A stretch of 64,000 bases of DNA, taken from Candidatus Latescibacterota bacterium (GTDB lineage: Bacteria > Latescibacterota > UBA2968). The position numbers were made by a program, and so were the translations under genes. Below, piece by piece: positions 50,193-59,085 of this stretch. The stretch's first letter is position 1. Each line of letters opens with the position of its first letter. The stretch is taken from NCBI GenBank assembly GCA_965198115.1, contig OZ240241.1:1856001-1920000 (forward strand). The letters run 5' to 3'. Under the pieces are notes generated by a model. It did not search any database. It was not told the origin of the DNA and saw only the letters and a list, made by a program, of their open reading frames with translations.

Positions 50193-50468
50193 ATGTCTCA
50201 ATGCAGACTGCTGAAGCGGGCGACGGGTGTCGGGTTGGCGGTAGCAATGCTTTCGCTGCCCCTGCTTTCCGGCTGCACGTCCATGGCATCCAAAGAGCAG
50301 CTCAACATGCTTGCAGACGCTCGAAAACGAGCCGAATCGGCCGAGGCGGATCTCAACGCCTGCAAGCAGCATCGCGCACAGCTCGAACGGGAGTTGGCCG
50401 ACAAAAAGGCGCTTCTCGCCAAGCTCAGAAATGATCGTGACGTCATTAAAAAGGCGCTCGGCAAGTAA
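50193..50468 (+). CDS. Small coiled-coil lipoprotein
   Basis: Lipobox LLSGC, about 60-aa heptad helix, C-terminal Lys; promoter TTGACT-N17-TAAGTT at 50067-50095. Confidence 0.8.
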   Translation: MSQCRLLKRATGVGLAVAMLSLPLLSGCTSMASKEQLNMLADARKRAESAEADLNACKQHRAQLERELADKKALLAKLRNDRDVIKKALGK

Positions 50469-50489
50469 CGGGTGAAAGGAGCTCAAGGC

Positions 50490-51329
50490 ATGACGTTCAA
50501 AAGAATCACCGCTACGTTGCTCTGCGCCGTCGTCGCGTGTTTCGTGTTATCGGGTGTCGCTGACGCTCAGCAGGGCATGACCTACGAAGAATACAAGATC
50601 AAAACGGCCGAATACGAGAAGCGAACGGCCGATGCCCGCAGGGCGCTCATTGAGTGTAAGAAGATGGGTGAGACCGTCGATTCGGAAATCTCGGTCCTCG
50701 ACACCGACGTGGCTGCCGTCAACGAAGAGATCTACGAGGTTCTCGGCACAGATCAGACCAGTATCGACGCCTACATGTCCGAGCTCGATCGAATCGAAGC
50801 CCGTCTCATGGGGCTGTTGAACCTCTCCGACGAGGCTCTGTTCGACAAACGCGACGAAGTCAACTCGATGGAGGATCGAGTCGAGGAAATGAAGAAAGAT
50901 ATCCTCGCCAACCTCCCCGATGCGCAGATGAAATTCAAGAACATCGATCAACTGCTCGAGCGCATCAACGCGAGGATGCCACGGAAGCGCGTCAAGCCCT
51001 ACACGGTGGCGCGGGGCGACAACCTGTGGAACATCGCCAAGAAGCCGTCTATCTATAGCGACGCATACCTGTGGCCGCGCATCTACATCGAAAACCGCGG
51101 CAAGATCAAGAACCCCGATCTCATTTATCCAAATTGGGTTCTGAACGTGCCGTTCGGTGTTGATCTCAATCAGCATCTGGTCACTCGCGGACAACATCTT
51201 TCGACCATTGCCGGAGCAGTTTACAAAGATCCCACCAAGTGGCATCGCATCTTCAGGGCAAATCAGACCCAAATTCTCGATGCGAACCTGATCTTCCCGG
51301 CCCAGGTACTCGACATTCCCGCGAACTGA
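50490..51329 (+). CDS. Exported coiled-coil protein with two LysM domains
   Basis: Signal peptide ending ADA; YTVARGDNLWNIA...NPDLIYP; HLVTRGQHLSTIA...NLIFPAQVLDIP. Confidence 0.9.
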   Translation: MTFKRITATLLCAVVACFVLSGVADAQQGMTYEEYKIKTAEYEKRTADARRALIECKKMGETVDSEISVLDTDVAAVNEEIYEVLGTDQTSIDAYMSELDRIEARLMGLLNLSDEALFDKRDEVNSMEDRVEEMKKDILANLPDAQMKFKNIDQLLERINARMPRKRVKPYTVARGDNLWNIAKKPSIYSDAYLWPRIYIENRGKIKNPDLIYPNWVLNVPFGVDLNQHLVTRGQHLSTIAGAVYKDPTKWHRIFRANQTQILDANLIFPAQVLDIPAN

Positions 51330-51395
51330 CTTTCGGCCCACTCGCAAGGCTGAGACGTTCCGGCGCGAATGAAATCGACGATATAGCTCTTCAAC

Positions 51396-51444
51396 GAAGG
51401 CTCCTGCTCCCGCCACCCGTGCGGACAGGAGCCTTCTGCTTTTT
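51396..51444 (+). terminator. Intrinsic terminator after the LysM gene
   Basis: GAAGGCTCCTG...CAGGAGCCTTC followed by TGCTTTT. Confidence 0.65.
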
Positions 51445-51494
51445 CGGGACCTCAAGCACGACGCCCTCATCTCCACGGAGGCACCAGACCCTCG

Positions 51495-52565
51495 TTGAAA
51501 GACCAACCCAGCTTATCTCACCGCATTTCCATACAGGGGGCTGACCCCCTCTCGCTCTACGGTCACAACGACGCGAATCTGATCGCGCTCGAATCTCGCT
51601 ACGGGGTCAGAATCACGGCCAGGGGCGACACGATTCGCGTCGATGGGCCCCCGAGAGCCGTAAAGGCAGTATCCGCACTGATCGAAGAGATGATCTCATG
51701 TCTGCGTCGTGGCGACGACCTTGACGCGGACAACGTCCTGAACGGCTACACCGCCGACCACGATGCGAACGACGACGACGGCCGTACTGCACTCGTCACC
51801 AAAAAAGGTCTCGTCAAACCCCGGTCGCCTCGCCAGGCTGACTACATCTCAGCCATCGCCGATTATGACATCGTTTTCGGCATCGGTCCCGCCGGAACAG
51901 GCAAGACCTACCTGGCCGTTGCGTCTGCCGTGGCCGCGCTCAAACGCAAGGAAGTGAACCGTATCATCCTCACACGTCCGGCCGTCGAAGCGGGTGAAAA
52001 CCTTGGTTTCCTCCCTGGTGATATCCAGGACAAGGTCGACCCGTATCTACGTCCGCTATACGATGCCTTGAGGGATATGGTGCCGGCCGATCAGCTGGCG
52101 CGGCTGATGCAGGTCGGAACGTTCGAGATCGCTCCGCTCGCCTTCATGCGCGGCAGAACACTTAACAACGCCTTGGTGATCCTCGACGAGGCCCAAAACA
52201 CCAGCATCGCGCAGATGAAAATGTTCCTCACGCGACTGGGCGCCAACTCCCGGGCGGTCATTACGGGGGACGTGACCCAGGTGGATCTGCCCGCCGTCGT
52301 CGAGTCGGGTCTGATTCACGTGCACCGGATTCTCCAACACATCGAAGCCATCAAGTTCATCTCCTTCACAGAGCAGGATGTCGTGCGTCATCCGCTCGTG
52401 CAGGAGATTATCAACGCTTACGATGCGCGCGAAACTACACACCAGCAGGAACTGCCTCTGGCGTCGGCTGACGAAGAGGACAACGACAATCAGGGGATGT
52501 CCGAGCCTCCCGACGCGAACGCAGCGCCCCCCACGCTCGTGACCGAGGTCGAAGCCGACTCATGA
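51495..52565 (+). CDS. phoH: PhoH-family ATPase (YbeZ)
   Basis: GPAGTGKT, RPAVEAGENLGFLPGD, APLAFMRGRT, ILDEAQN, VVRHPLV. Confidence 0.95.
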   Translation: MKDQPSLSHRISIQGADPLSLYGHNDANLIALESRYGVRITARGDTIRVDGPPRAVKAVSALIEEMISCLRRGDDLDADNVLNGYTADHDANDDDGRTALVTKKGLVKPRSPRQADYISAIADYDIVFGIGPAGTGKTYLAVASAVAALKRKEVNRIILTRPAVEAGENLGFLPGDIQDKVDPYLRPLYDALRDMVPADQLARLMQVGTFEIAPLAFMRGRTLNNALVILDEAQNTSIAQMKMFLTRLGANSRAVITGDVTQVDLPAVVESGLIHVHRILQHIEAIKFISFTEQDVVRHPLVQEIINAYDARETTHQQELPLASADEEDNDNQGMSEPPDANAAPPTLVTEVEADS

Positions 52566-54871
52566 TGCTCCCCGCCAAAAGAAGCGCCCCGGGTCGCGAA
52601 CGGGCGGGGCTGGCGACACGGAGCCGACCAACCATTACGGGCGACCTGCTCGGGAGAGCGGCCATTCTGATCGCTCTAACCGCGATCCTGACGATGCTCT
52701 ACCCTGCGCGACAGACCTACGAGCTCTCCTGGTTCCTAGACAGCACCGTCGCCCTGGAAGAGGTCATCGCACCCGAGAGCTTCTACGTCTACAAAGACGA
52801 GGTGGACTACGACGCCGAGTTGAGCGAAGCCAGAGCAGGCGTTCCACCCGTCTTCCTACTCAATGCCAGAGTGCCTGTCGAACGACGGGCGGCGGCCGCG
52901 GCGCTGCTGGACGACATCGCGCTGATTCGCGCATCCGCCCTTTCAGATTCCGTCAAGACCGCACGCCTCAAAGCCAACCATCCCGAGGTCGGCCCGATCT
53001 CGGAACCCACGCTCGCCTTCATGTTGGCCGAGTCCCGCGTGCCCCAGGAGCGTCTGGAACAACTCAAACAGCTCACAGGCGAATTGCTCGCGTTCAGCTA
53101 TGGATCGGGTTTGGTCGAGAACCGCGCCACGATCGCATCGGACGCTGTGGACAGCCTGACGATCCTGAAGGCCACCGGTGAGCAACGGGTCGCCGTCGAA
53201 GACGTCCGTGACCTCGATCAGCTCTCCCTCGAGCTCCAGACGCGCATTACCGAATCTCTCCCGAACGCATCCGCGAATCAGATCCAGGCCGCCCACGAGT
53301 TGGTTGCCGCGTTTCTCGTTCCGAATCTCACCTTTTCCGAACCCGACACCAGAGCGCGTCGCAGGTCAGCAGAGTCACAGGTTCCCCGAGTCAAAGGGAC
53401 GGTGCTCAAGGGGGAGCGCATCATCGACGAGCACGAGCGCGTCACTCCCGACCACGTGGAGAAGCTCAGGTCCCTCGTCCAGCACCTGAACCAGCGGCAA
53501 CAACAAGATCCCTACCTGCCCACCTTACAAACCGTGGGCCGGTTCGTCATCAGCGGCATTATGGTGACCATGCTGTTCGCGTTCCTGGCGCTGTTCCGAG
53601 AACCCGTCTACCGACGGACGTCGAACCTTGTCCTGTTCGGCATTCTCATGTTAATGCCGGCTCTCGTCGCACACTACGCGGCTCAGCACACGGTCATCAC
53701 GCCTTTTCTCGTTCCCATTGCCTTGTCTACGATGCTGGCGACCGTTCTGTTCGATGCCGAAGTCGGTTTCGTCGTCGCTGTCGCCACCAGCATCCTGTGC
53801 TCGAGCATTCTGGGCAGCCTTCAGCACAGCGTCGTATTCATGGTGACCGGGATCGTCGGCGCCTTCTCAGTTCGCCAGGTGCTCAACCGCAGCGACTTCT
53901 ACAGGTCCATCGCGTTCCTTTCGGGCGCTTACTTTCTGACCATAGCGGCAACGGGCGTTCTGTTCTTCAACTACGCCACAATCGGCGAATTCGTCGATCG
54001 TGCACGGTGGGACGTCATATTCGGAATCTTTACTTCGTGCGGTGCGACTATCCTGGCAATCGGCCTGCTGCCGATCTTCGAGAGCACGTTCAACGTCGTC
54101 ACCAGCATCACCCTCCTCGAACTGTCGGACCTCAACCGCCCCCTTCTTCGGAACCTGGCCATTCGAGCGCCCGGCACCTACAGCCACAGCATCATCATGT
54201 CGAGCCTGTCCGAAGCCGCTGCGCAAGCGATCGGGGCCGATCCCTTGCTGTCCCGCGTCGGATGCTACTACCACGATATCGGAAAGATGATCCGCCCCCA
54301 CTACTTCATCGAGAATCAAAAGGGGATCAACCCGCACGATGAACTTCAACCGCGACTCTCCGCCCTAATCATCGTTTCACACGTGAAGGAAGGCATCGAG
54401 CTGGCGCGGGAAGAGGGATTGCCTCGCGCCATCATCGACTTGATTCCCCAGCATCACGGAACGAATGAAATTGCGAGCTTCAAGCATCGCGCAATCGAGC
54501 GTGGCGACAAACAGGCGGTTCGGGACGAAGACTTCCGGTATCCGGGCCCGAAACCTCAAACCAAAGTGGCGGGGATCATTAACCTCGCAGATGCGATTGA
54601 ATCAGCGACCCGCACGATCCCTGGCGGCGCCCCTGATCAGATCAAGGGGATGGTACAGACCATCATTCGGGGCCGCTTCACCTCGGGAGAGCTCGACGAG
54701 TGTGATCTGACGCTTCGTGACCTAACCCACATTCAGGAGGCGTTTCTGCCGATTTTGGAGGCGACCCGACACGCGCGCGTGCCCTATCCGTGGCAACAGC
54801 AGCGCCAACAGACACGGGAGCGCCGCCGTGGTGAACGACAGCAGCGGCGAGAGCGTCGAGAATCCACGTGA
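52562..54871 (+). CDS. 7TM-HDIG phosphohydrolase (PgpH-like)
   Basis: Large extracytoplasmic domain, TM bundle, LLELSD, APGTYSHS, YYHDIGK, FIENQ, QHHGT, FRYPGPKP, LADAIE. Confidence 0.93.
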   Translation: MMLPAKRSAPGRERAGLATRSRPTITGDLLGRAAILIALTAILTMLYPARQTYELSWFLDSTVALEEVIAPESFYVYKDEVDYDAELSEARAGVPPVFLLNARVPVERRAAAAALLDDIALIRASALSDSVKTARLKANHPEVGPISEPTLAFMLAESRVPQERLEQLKQLTGELLAFSYGSGLVENRATIASDAVDSLTILKATGEQRVAVEDVRDLDQLSLELQTRITESLPNASANQIQAAHELVAAFLVPNLTFSEPDTRARRRSAESQVPRVKGTVLKGERIIDEHERVTPDHVEKLRSLVQHLNQRQQQDPYLPTLQTVGRFVISGIMVTMLFAFLALFREPVYRRTSNLVLFGILMLMPALVAHYAAQHTVITPFLVPIALSTMLATVLFDAEVGFVVAVATSILCSSILGSLQHSVVFMVTGIVGAFSVRQVLNRSDFYRSIAFLSGAYFLTIAATGVLFFNYATIGEFVDRARWDVIFGIFTSCGATILAIGLLPIFESTFNVVTSITLLELSDLNRPLLRNLAIRAPGTYSHSIIMSSLSEAAAQAIGADPLLSRVGCYYHDIGKMIRPHYFIENQKGINPHDELQPRLSALIIVSHVKEGIELAREEGLPRAIIDLIPQHHGTNEIASFKHRAIERGDKQAVRDEDFRYPGPKPQTKVAGIINLADAIESATRTIPGGAPDQIKGMVQTIIRGRFTSGELDECDLTLRDLTHIQEAFLPILEATRHARVPYPWQQQRQQTRERRRGERQQRRERREST

Positions 54872-55353
54872 GCGACGAGACGGCCCTCACGAGTTCGTCG
54901 ATCACAGTCGAGCTGTGTCGACCCGACGGCGTCTCACTTTCGATTGACGAGCGCGTCCTCATCAACACGCTCATACGCGTCATTGACGAATCCGATCGCG
55001 ACGACGTCCACCTACAGGTCGTCCTGACCGACAATGCGATGTTGCAGGACCTGAATCGCACATACCGAGGCATCAATCGCACTACGGATGTACTGTCCTT
55101 CGAGATGGGCGACGATGTTCATCTCGAGGACGTGCCCCAGGGTGAGGTCTACATCTCGATCGAAAGAGCGCGCGAGCAGGCGGCCGAAGCGTCCCGAACG
55201 ATCGACGAAGAGATCGCTCACCTTGCCGTGCACGGTACGCTGCACGTGCTCGGAAGCGAGCACGACACAGACGTGGGACACGCGCGAATGACCGAGCTGG
55301 AGCAGACTCATCTCGCGCACTGGCGCGCCGCTGCAACGACCGGCACCAGCTGA
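54868..55353 (+). CDS. ybeY: rRNA maturation endoribonuclease YbeY
   Basis: LNRTYR, TDVLSF, GEVYIS, HGTLHVLGSEH. Confidence 0.93.
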   Translation: MSDETALTSSSITVELCRPDGVSLSIDERVLINTLIRVIDESDRDDVHLQVVLTDNAMLQDLNRTYRGINRTTDVLSFEMGDDVHLEDVPQGEVYISIERAREQAAEASRTIDEEIAHLAVHGTLHVLGSEHDTDVGHARMTELEQTHLAHWRAAATTGTS

Positions 55354-55389
55354 GCCCTTTTCCCGCGACCCGGGACGAATGAGAGGAGC

Positions 55390-56703
55390 GTGAGTCTCCG
55401 CTTGGACGACCCCCCGTCGAGTACCTACCTCACATTCATTCTCGCCATCCTCATTTACGTACTCCTGGCACGTCTGGCCAGCATCAACAACGCGCTCGGC
55501 CGATCCACGGTCGAACGCCTGGTCGAAATCGGAATCAAGCGTGCGGGTGTCCTGCTGTCGATGTTCAGCCCCCGCTACGTCCTGGGACACGTTATCACCC
55601 TTGGCCAGATCACTGCGCTCGCCCTCGGGTGTATTCTCTTCCTACAGATCACTCAGGGCCTCAGATCCAGCTTCGACGCCGGATGGGCCTACCTGGATGA
55701 CATCATCGTCTCGAGCGCCTATGTCTTCTTCGCCCTACTCGTGACGAGCATCATTCCCCCCTACCGCCGTGAGGAGGGTTCCGAGGCCCCCCTTCCGCGG
55801 GTCATCGTCGCGTGCTACCCGCTCTACCTGCTATTCGTCGTGCCCGCCATCTTCATCCAGCGCGCGCAGACCATCTTCGTCAGCGAGGACGATCTCAGCG
55901 CTATCAAGGAAGAGGAACTCCGGAACATCGTGGAGTCCGAGACGGAAGAGGGCACGATCGAAGCGGAAGAACGCGAGATGATCGAAGGAATCTTCGACTT
56001 TGGCGATACGACCGTGCGGGAAGTCATGGTACCCCGCATCGATATGGTGTGCGCCGACATCGAGAGCCCACCCGACGAGATTCTGGATCTCCTGCGGAAA
56101 ACCCGCCACTCACGTATTCCCGTCTACGAGGAACGAGTCGACCACATCCAGGGACTCGTCTACGTCAAGGACCTGCTCCACGCCATTAGCGCGGGTGAAG
56201 CGTGGGAGACACGCAAGATCATGCGTCCACCCCACTTCGTGCCCGAAAACAAGACGATCGACGACCTCCTCGCCGAGTTCAAGAGCACACGTATACACAT
56301 GGCCATCGTGCTCGACGAATACGGGGGAACGGCCGGCCTGGTGACCCTCGAAGACCTGATCGAGGAAATCTTCGGCGAGATTCAGGACGAATACGACGAA
56401 GAGGCGCCGCTGTTCGAATGGGTAGACGACCAGCATCTCGTCGCCGACGCCCGGATCGCCATCGACGACCTCGGTCTCGTACTCGGTGTTGAACTCCCAC
56501 AGGAGGGTTACGAAACGCTGGGCGGTTTCATCTACGATCAACTGGGCCACGTGCCTAACGCGGGAGAATCGCTCGAATACGGGACGCTGGTTATGCAGAT
56601 CGACGACGTGGAAGGACAACGAATCACGACCGTTCGCATCGAAAAGCGCGAAGTCGAAGAAGCGGAAGCGACCAACGGCGATCCGGCCGAGGGAAAGGCG
56701 TAG
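55390..56703 (+). CDS. CNNM/CorC (hemolysin-family) CBS-domain protein
   Basis: N-terminal TMs, VREVMVPR, HSRIPVY, VLDEYGGTAGLVTLEDLIEEIFGEIQDEYD, ETLGG. Confidence 0.92.
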   Translation: MSLRLDDPPSSTYLTFILAILIYVLLARLASINNALGRSTVERLVEIGIKRAGVLLSMFSPRYVLGHVITLGQITALALGCILFLQITQGLRSSFDAGWAYLDDIIVSSAYVFFALLVTSIIPPYRREEGSEAPLPRVIVACYPLYLLFVVPAIFIQRAQTIFVSEDDLSAIKEEELRNIVESETEEGTIEAEEREMIEGIFDFGDTTVREVMVPRIDMVCADIESPPDEILDLLRKTRHSRIPVYEERVDHIQGLVYVKDLLHAISAGEAWETRKIMRPPHFVPENKTIDDLLAEFKSTRIHMAIVLDEYGGTAGLVTLEDLIEEIFGEIQDEYDEEAPLFEWVDDQHLVADARIAIDDLGLVLGVELPQEGYETLGGFIYDQLGHVPNAGESLEYGTLVMQIDDVEGQRITTVRIEKREVEEAEATNGDPAEGKA

Positions 56704-56785
56704 CTGCAGGCAATAACGTGGCTTTTCCACATTAGTCTTGACACATCCCGGCGTTTTTGGCACTTTTTTCACGTTGTTACAGGGT

Positions 56786-56862
<77 letters not shown>

Positions 56863-56870
56863 AACACACG

Positions 56871-56905
56871 AAGGGCCGACGAGAAATCGTCGGCCTTTTC
56901 TTTTT
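56871..56905 (+). terminator. Intrinsic terminator after tRNA-fMet
   Basis: GGCCGACGA-GAAA-TCGTCGGCC followed by TTTTCTTTTT. Confidence 0.85.
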
Positions 56906-56922
56906 CATCGACGCTTCAGCTG

Positions 56923-56951
56923 TTGACAGGGCGCCCCACAGCTTGCATAAT
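56923..56951 (+). promoter_or_regulatory. Promoter of the DASS transporter gene
   Basis: TTGACA-N17-CATAAT. Confidence 0.7.
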
Positions 56952-57076
56952 GCAACACTGCCCCGCCGGAGGAATCCGAGCGGGGCTGTTCCTTTTAGGG
57001 GCTCCATCGTGCTCACCGCTGGAACTTTCTTTGGAGCCTTGACTGACTGTCCGGTCCATTCTCGAGGAGGCCACAA

Positions 57077-58486
57077 TTGGAACGATCCGCGCTGATACGG
57101 TTGGGGATTTGTGCGATGATCGGGGCACTCGGTTGGGTGGTTCCCGCGCCCGACGGGATCTCCACGAACGGGTGGCACCTGGTTGGGATTTTCATCGCCA
57201 CGATTGCCAGTTTCATCATCAAACCGTTAGCCATGGGGCCCATGGTCCTTCTGGGACTGCTTGCGCTTTCGACCACAGACACCATCGAATTCAAGGTCTT
57301 GCTGCACGGATTCGGGGATAAAACCGTGTGGCTGGTGGTCGCTGCTTTCCTGATCGCAGGCACGGTTGAGCGAACCGGGTTCGGCAGGCGCATCGCGTTG
57401 TTGTTGGTCAAGCGCCTCGGCCGATCCATGGTGGGGCTTGGCTATGCACAGTGTGGTGCGGAACTCATCCTTGGTCCTGTGGTGCCATCCAACACGGCGC
57501 GTGGCGGCGGGATTCTCGCGCCGATCGCCCAATCCCTCGCGAGATCGCTGCAATCGGAACCAGATATACAGACCCGCGAAAAAGCCGGAGCCTACCTGTC
57601 CCTGGTGGGTGCCCACGCCAATCTGATCACAGCGGCAATGTTCATGACCGGTATGGCGGCGAACCCCTTGGTAGCCAAGGCGGCTGGAGATGTATTCGGT
57701 ATCGAATTCAGCTGGGGTACGTGGGCGCTCGGTGGTCTGGTGCCCGGGCTGGTCGGTCTGGGCCTGCTGCCTTGGTGGATGCGTTTTCTGTCTGCGCCGG
57801 AGTTGACGAGCACCGCGGAGGCTCAAGAACGATCCGCACAAGAGCTCAGCGGGATGGGCAGTTTCTCGCGAAAGGAGAAGATTACGGGAGGCGTTTTCGT
57901 GCTCCTGCTGGTTCTGTGGTCGACGTCGCCCCTGCACGGAATGGTTGCGTCACTCGTTGCCTGGATCGGCGTGCTGGTACTCCAGTTGACCGGAGTCGAC
58001 ACCTGGGAGGACGTCAAGAATAATGCCAAGGCCTGGGACTGTTTCGTATGGCTTGGCGGTCTGCTTGCGATGGCGAACGCCCTTAAAGATATGGGCGTCA
58101 TCGACTGGTTTGCCACGTCCGTTCAGACCCAGATCTCCGGGCTTTCCGGGATCGTCGTCGTCGTGGCGTTGGGCCTCGTTTATTTCTATTCGATGTACGG
58201 CTTCTCCATGCTGACGGCCCATATCTCCGCGATGGTGGCAGCGTTCTTTGCGGTCGCCCTGGCCGTAGACGCCCCACCGTTTTTGACCGTGGCTGTGCTC
58301 GCCTACTTCTCGAACCTGTGCGCCTGTACGACGAACTACTCAACAGGGCCGGTCATCATCTATTTCGGCCTCGGTTACGTAGAGCCCGGCAAATGGTTTC
58401 GGATCGGCTTCCTCACATCACTGTTCCATCTCGTGATCTGGTTCGGTGTGGGTATGGCGTGGTGGAAGCTACTTGGATGGTGGTAG
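57077..58486 (+). CDS. DASS-family anion transporter (CitT / 2-oxoglutarate-malate translocator-like)
   Basis: WLVVAAFLIA, TGFGRRIA, PSNTARGGG, MFMTGMAANP, TAHISA, WWKLLGWW. Confidence 0.93.
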   Translation: MERSALIRLGICAMIGALGWVVPAPDGISTNGWHLVGIFIATIASFIIKPLAMGPMVLLGLLALSTTDTIEFKVLLHGFGDKTVWLVVAAFLIAGTVERTGFGRRIALLLVKRLGRSMVGLGYAQCGAELILGPVVPSNTARGGGILAPIAQSLARSLQSEPDIQTREKAGAYLSLVGAHANLITAAMFMTGMAANPLVAKAAGDVFGIEFSWGTWALGGLVPGLVGLGLLPWWMRFLSAPELTSTAEAQERSAQELSGMGSFSRKEKITGGVFVLLLVLWSTSPLHGMVASLVAWIGVLVLQLTGVDTWEDVKNNAKAWDCFVWLGGLLAMANALKDMGVIDWFATSVQTQISGLSGIVVVVALGLVYFYSMYGFSMLTAHISAMVAAFFAVALAVDAPPFLTVAVLAYFSNLCACTTNYSTGPVIIYFGLGYVEPGKWFRIGFLTSLFHLVIWFGVGMAWWKLLGWW

Positions 58487-58500
58487 GCCGGCCCGCCTTT

Positions 58501-59043
58501 TCAAATCTCCGCGCCAAACTTCATGTCGAACGCCGGTCGTCCGTCATCGTAGGCCAGTCTCAGGAACTTCGTCATATCCGGGAACCGATCCTTGATAAAC
58601 TTGAATGTCTTATTCAGAAGGTCCACGCGGTTTTTCGGCTCGAGCTCGTCCCACGGTTCCGATTTCACTGTGATTTCGATCGTGTGGACGCCTTCGGCGT
58701 GCTCGAGTTCATTCGGGCTCAACGCGTGCCCATCCTCGTGCAGAAACCGAACGCTCAAATAGATACCCGGCGCGAGTGCGAGCAGTCCCTCCTCGAGGGT
58801 CAGGAAGACATCTTCCTTTTCGGGCGTTTTCTCGATCGCCCTTTCCTGCTGGACGATCTCGCGTTCGACCTCCTCGGTCTTCTCCTGCCGCTCCTTCGCC
58901 TTCCGGTAGCTTCGCTTCATCACCGGATCTTCGCAGGTCTGGATAAATAGTAGGATCAGAAGCGCCGGAATCATGGAGCCCACGAGACCCAAGATGGCCA
59001 TCAGTGCGAGCGATCCACCTTGCTTTTGAGGTTGTTCTGCCAA
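58501..59043 (-). CDS. Hypothetical membrane-anchored protein
   Basis: One N-terminal TM helix, charged coiled segment, GAGG RBS. Confidence 0.65.
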   Translation of the reverse strand: MAEQPQKQGGSLALMAILGLVGSMIPALLILLFIQTCEDPVMKRSYRKAKERQEKTEEVEREIVQQERAIEKTPEKEDVFLTLEEGLLALAPGIYLSVRFLHEDGHALSPNELEHAEGVHTIEITVKSEPWDELEPKNRVDLLNKTFKFIKDRFPDMTKFLRLAYDDGRPAFDMKFGAEI

Positions 59044-59085
59044 GTCCTCTCTCCGACGCTACGAAGTTCAAATTTCTCGATGTTG

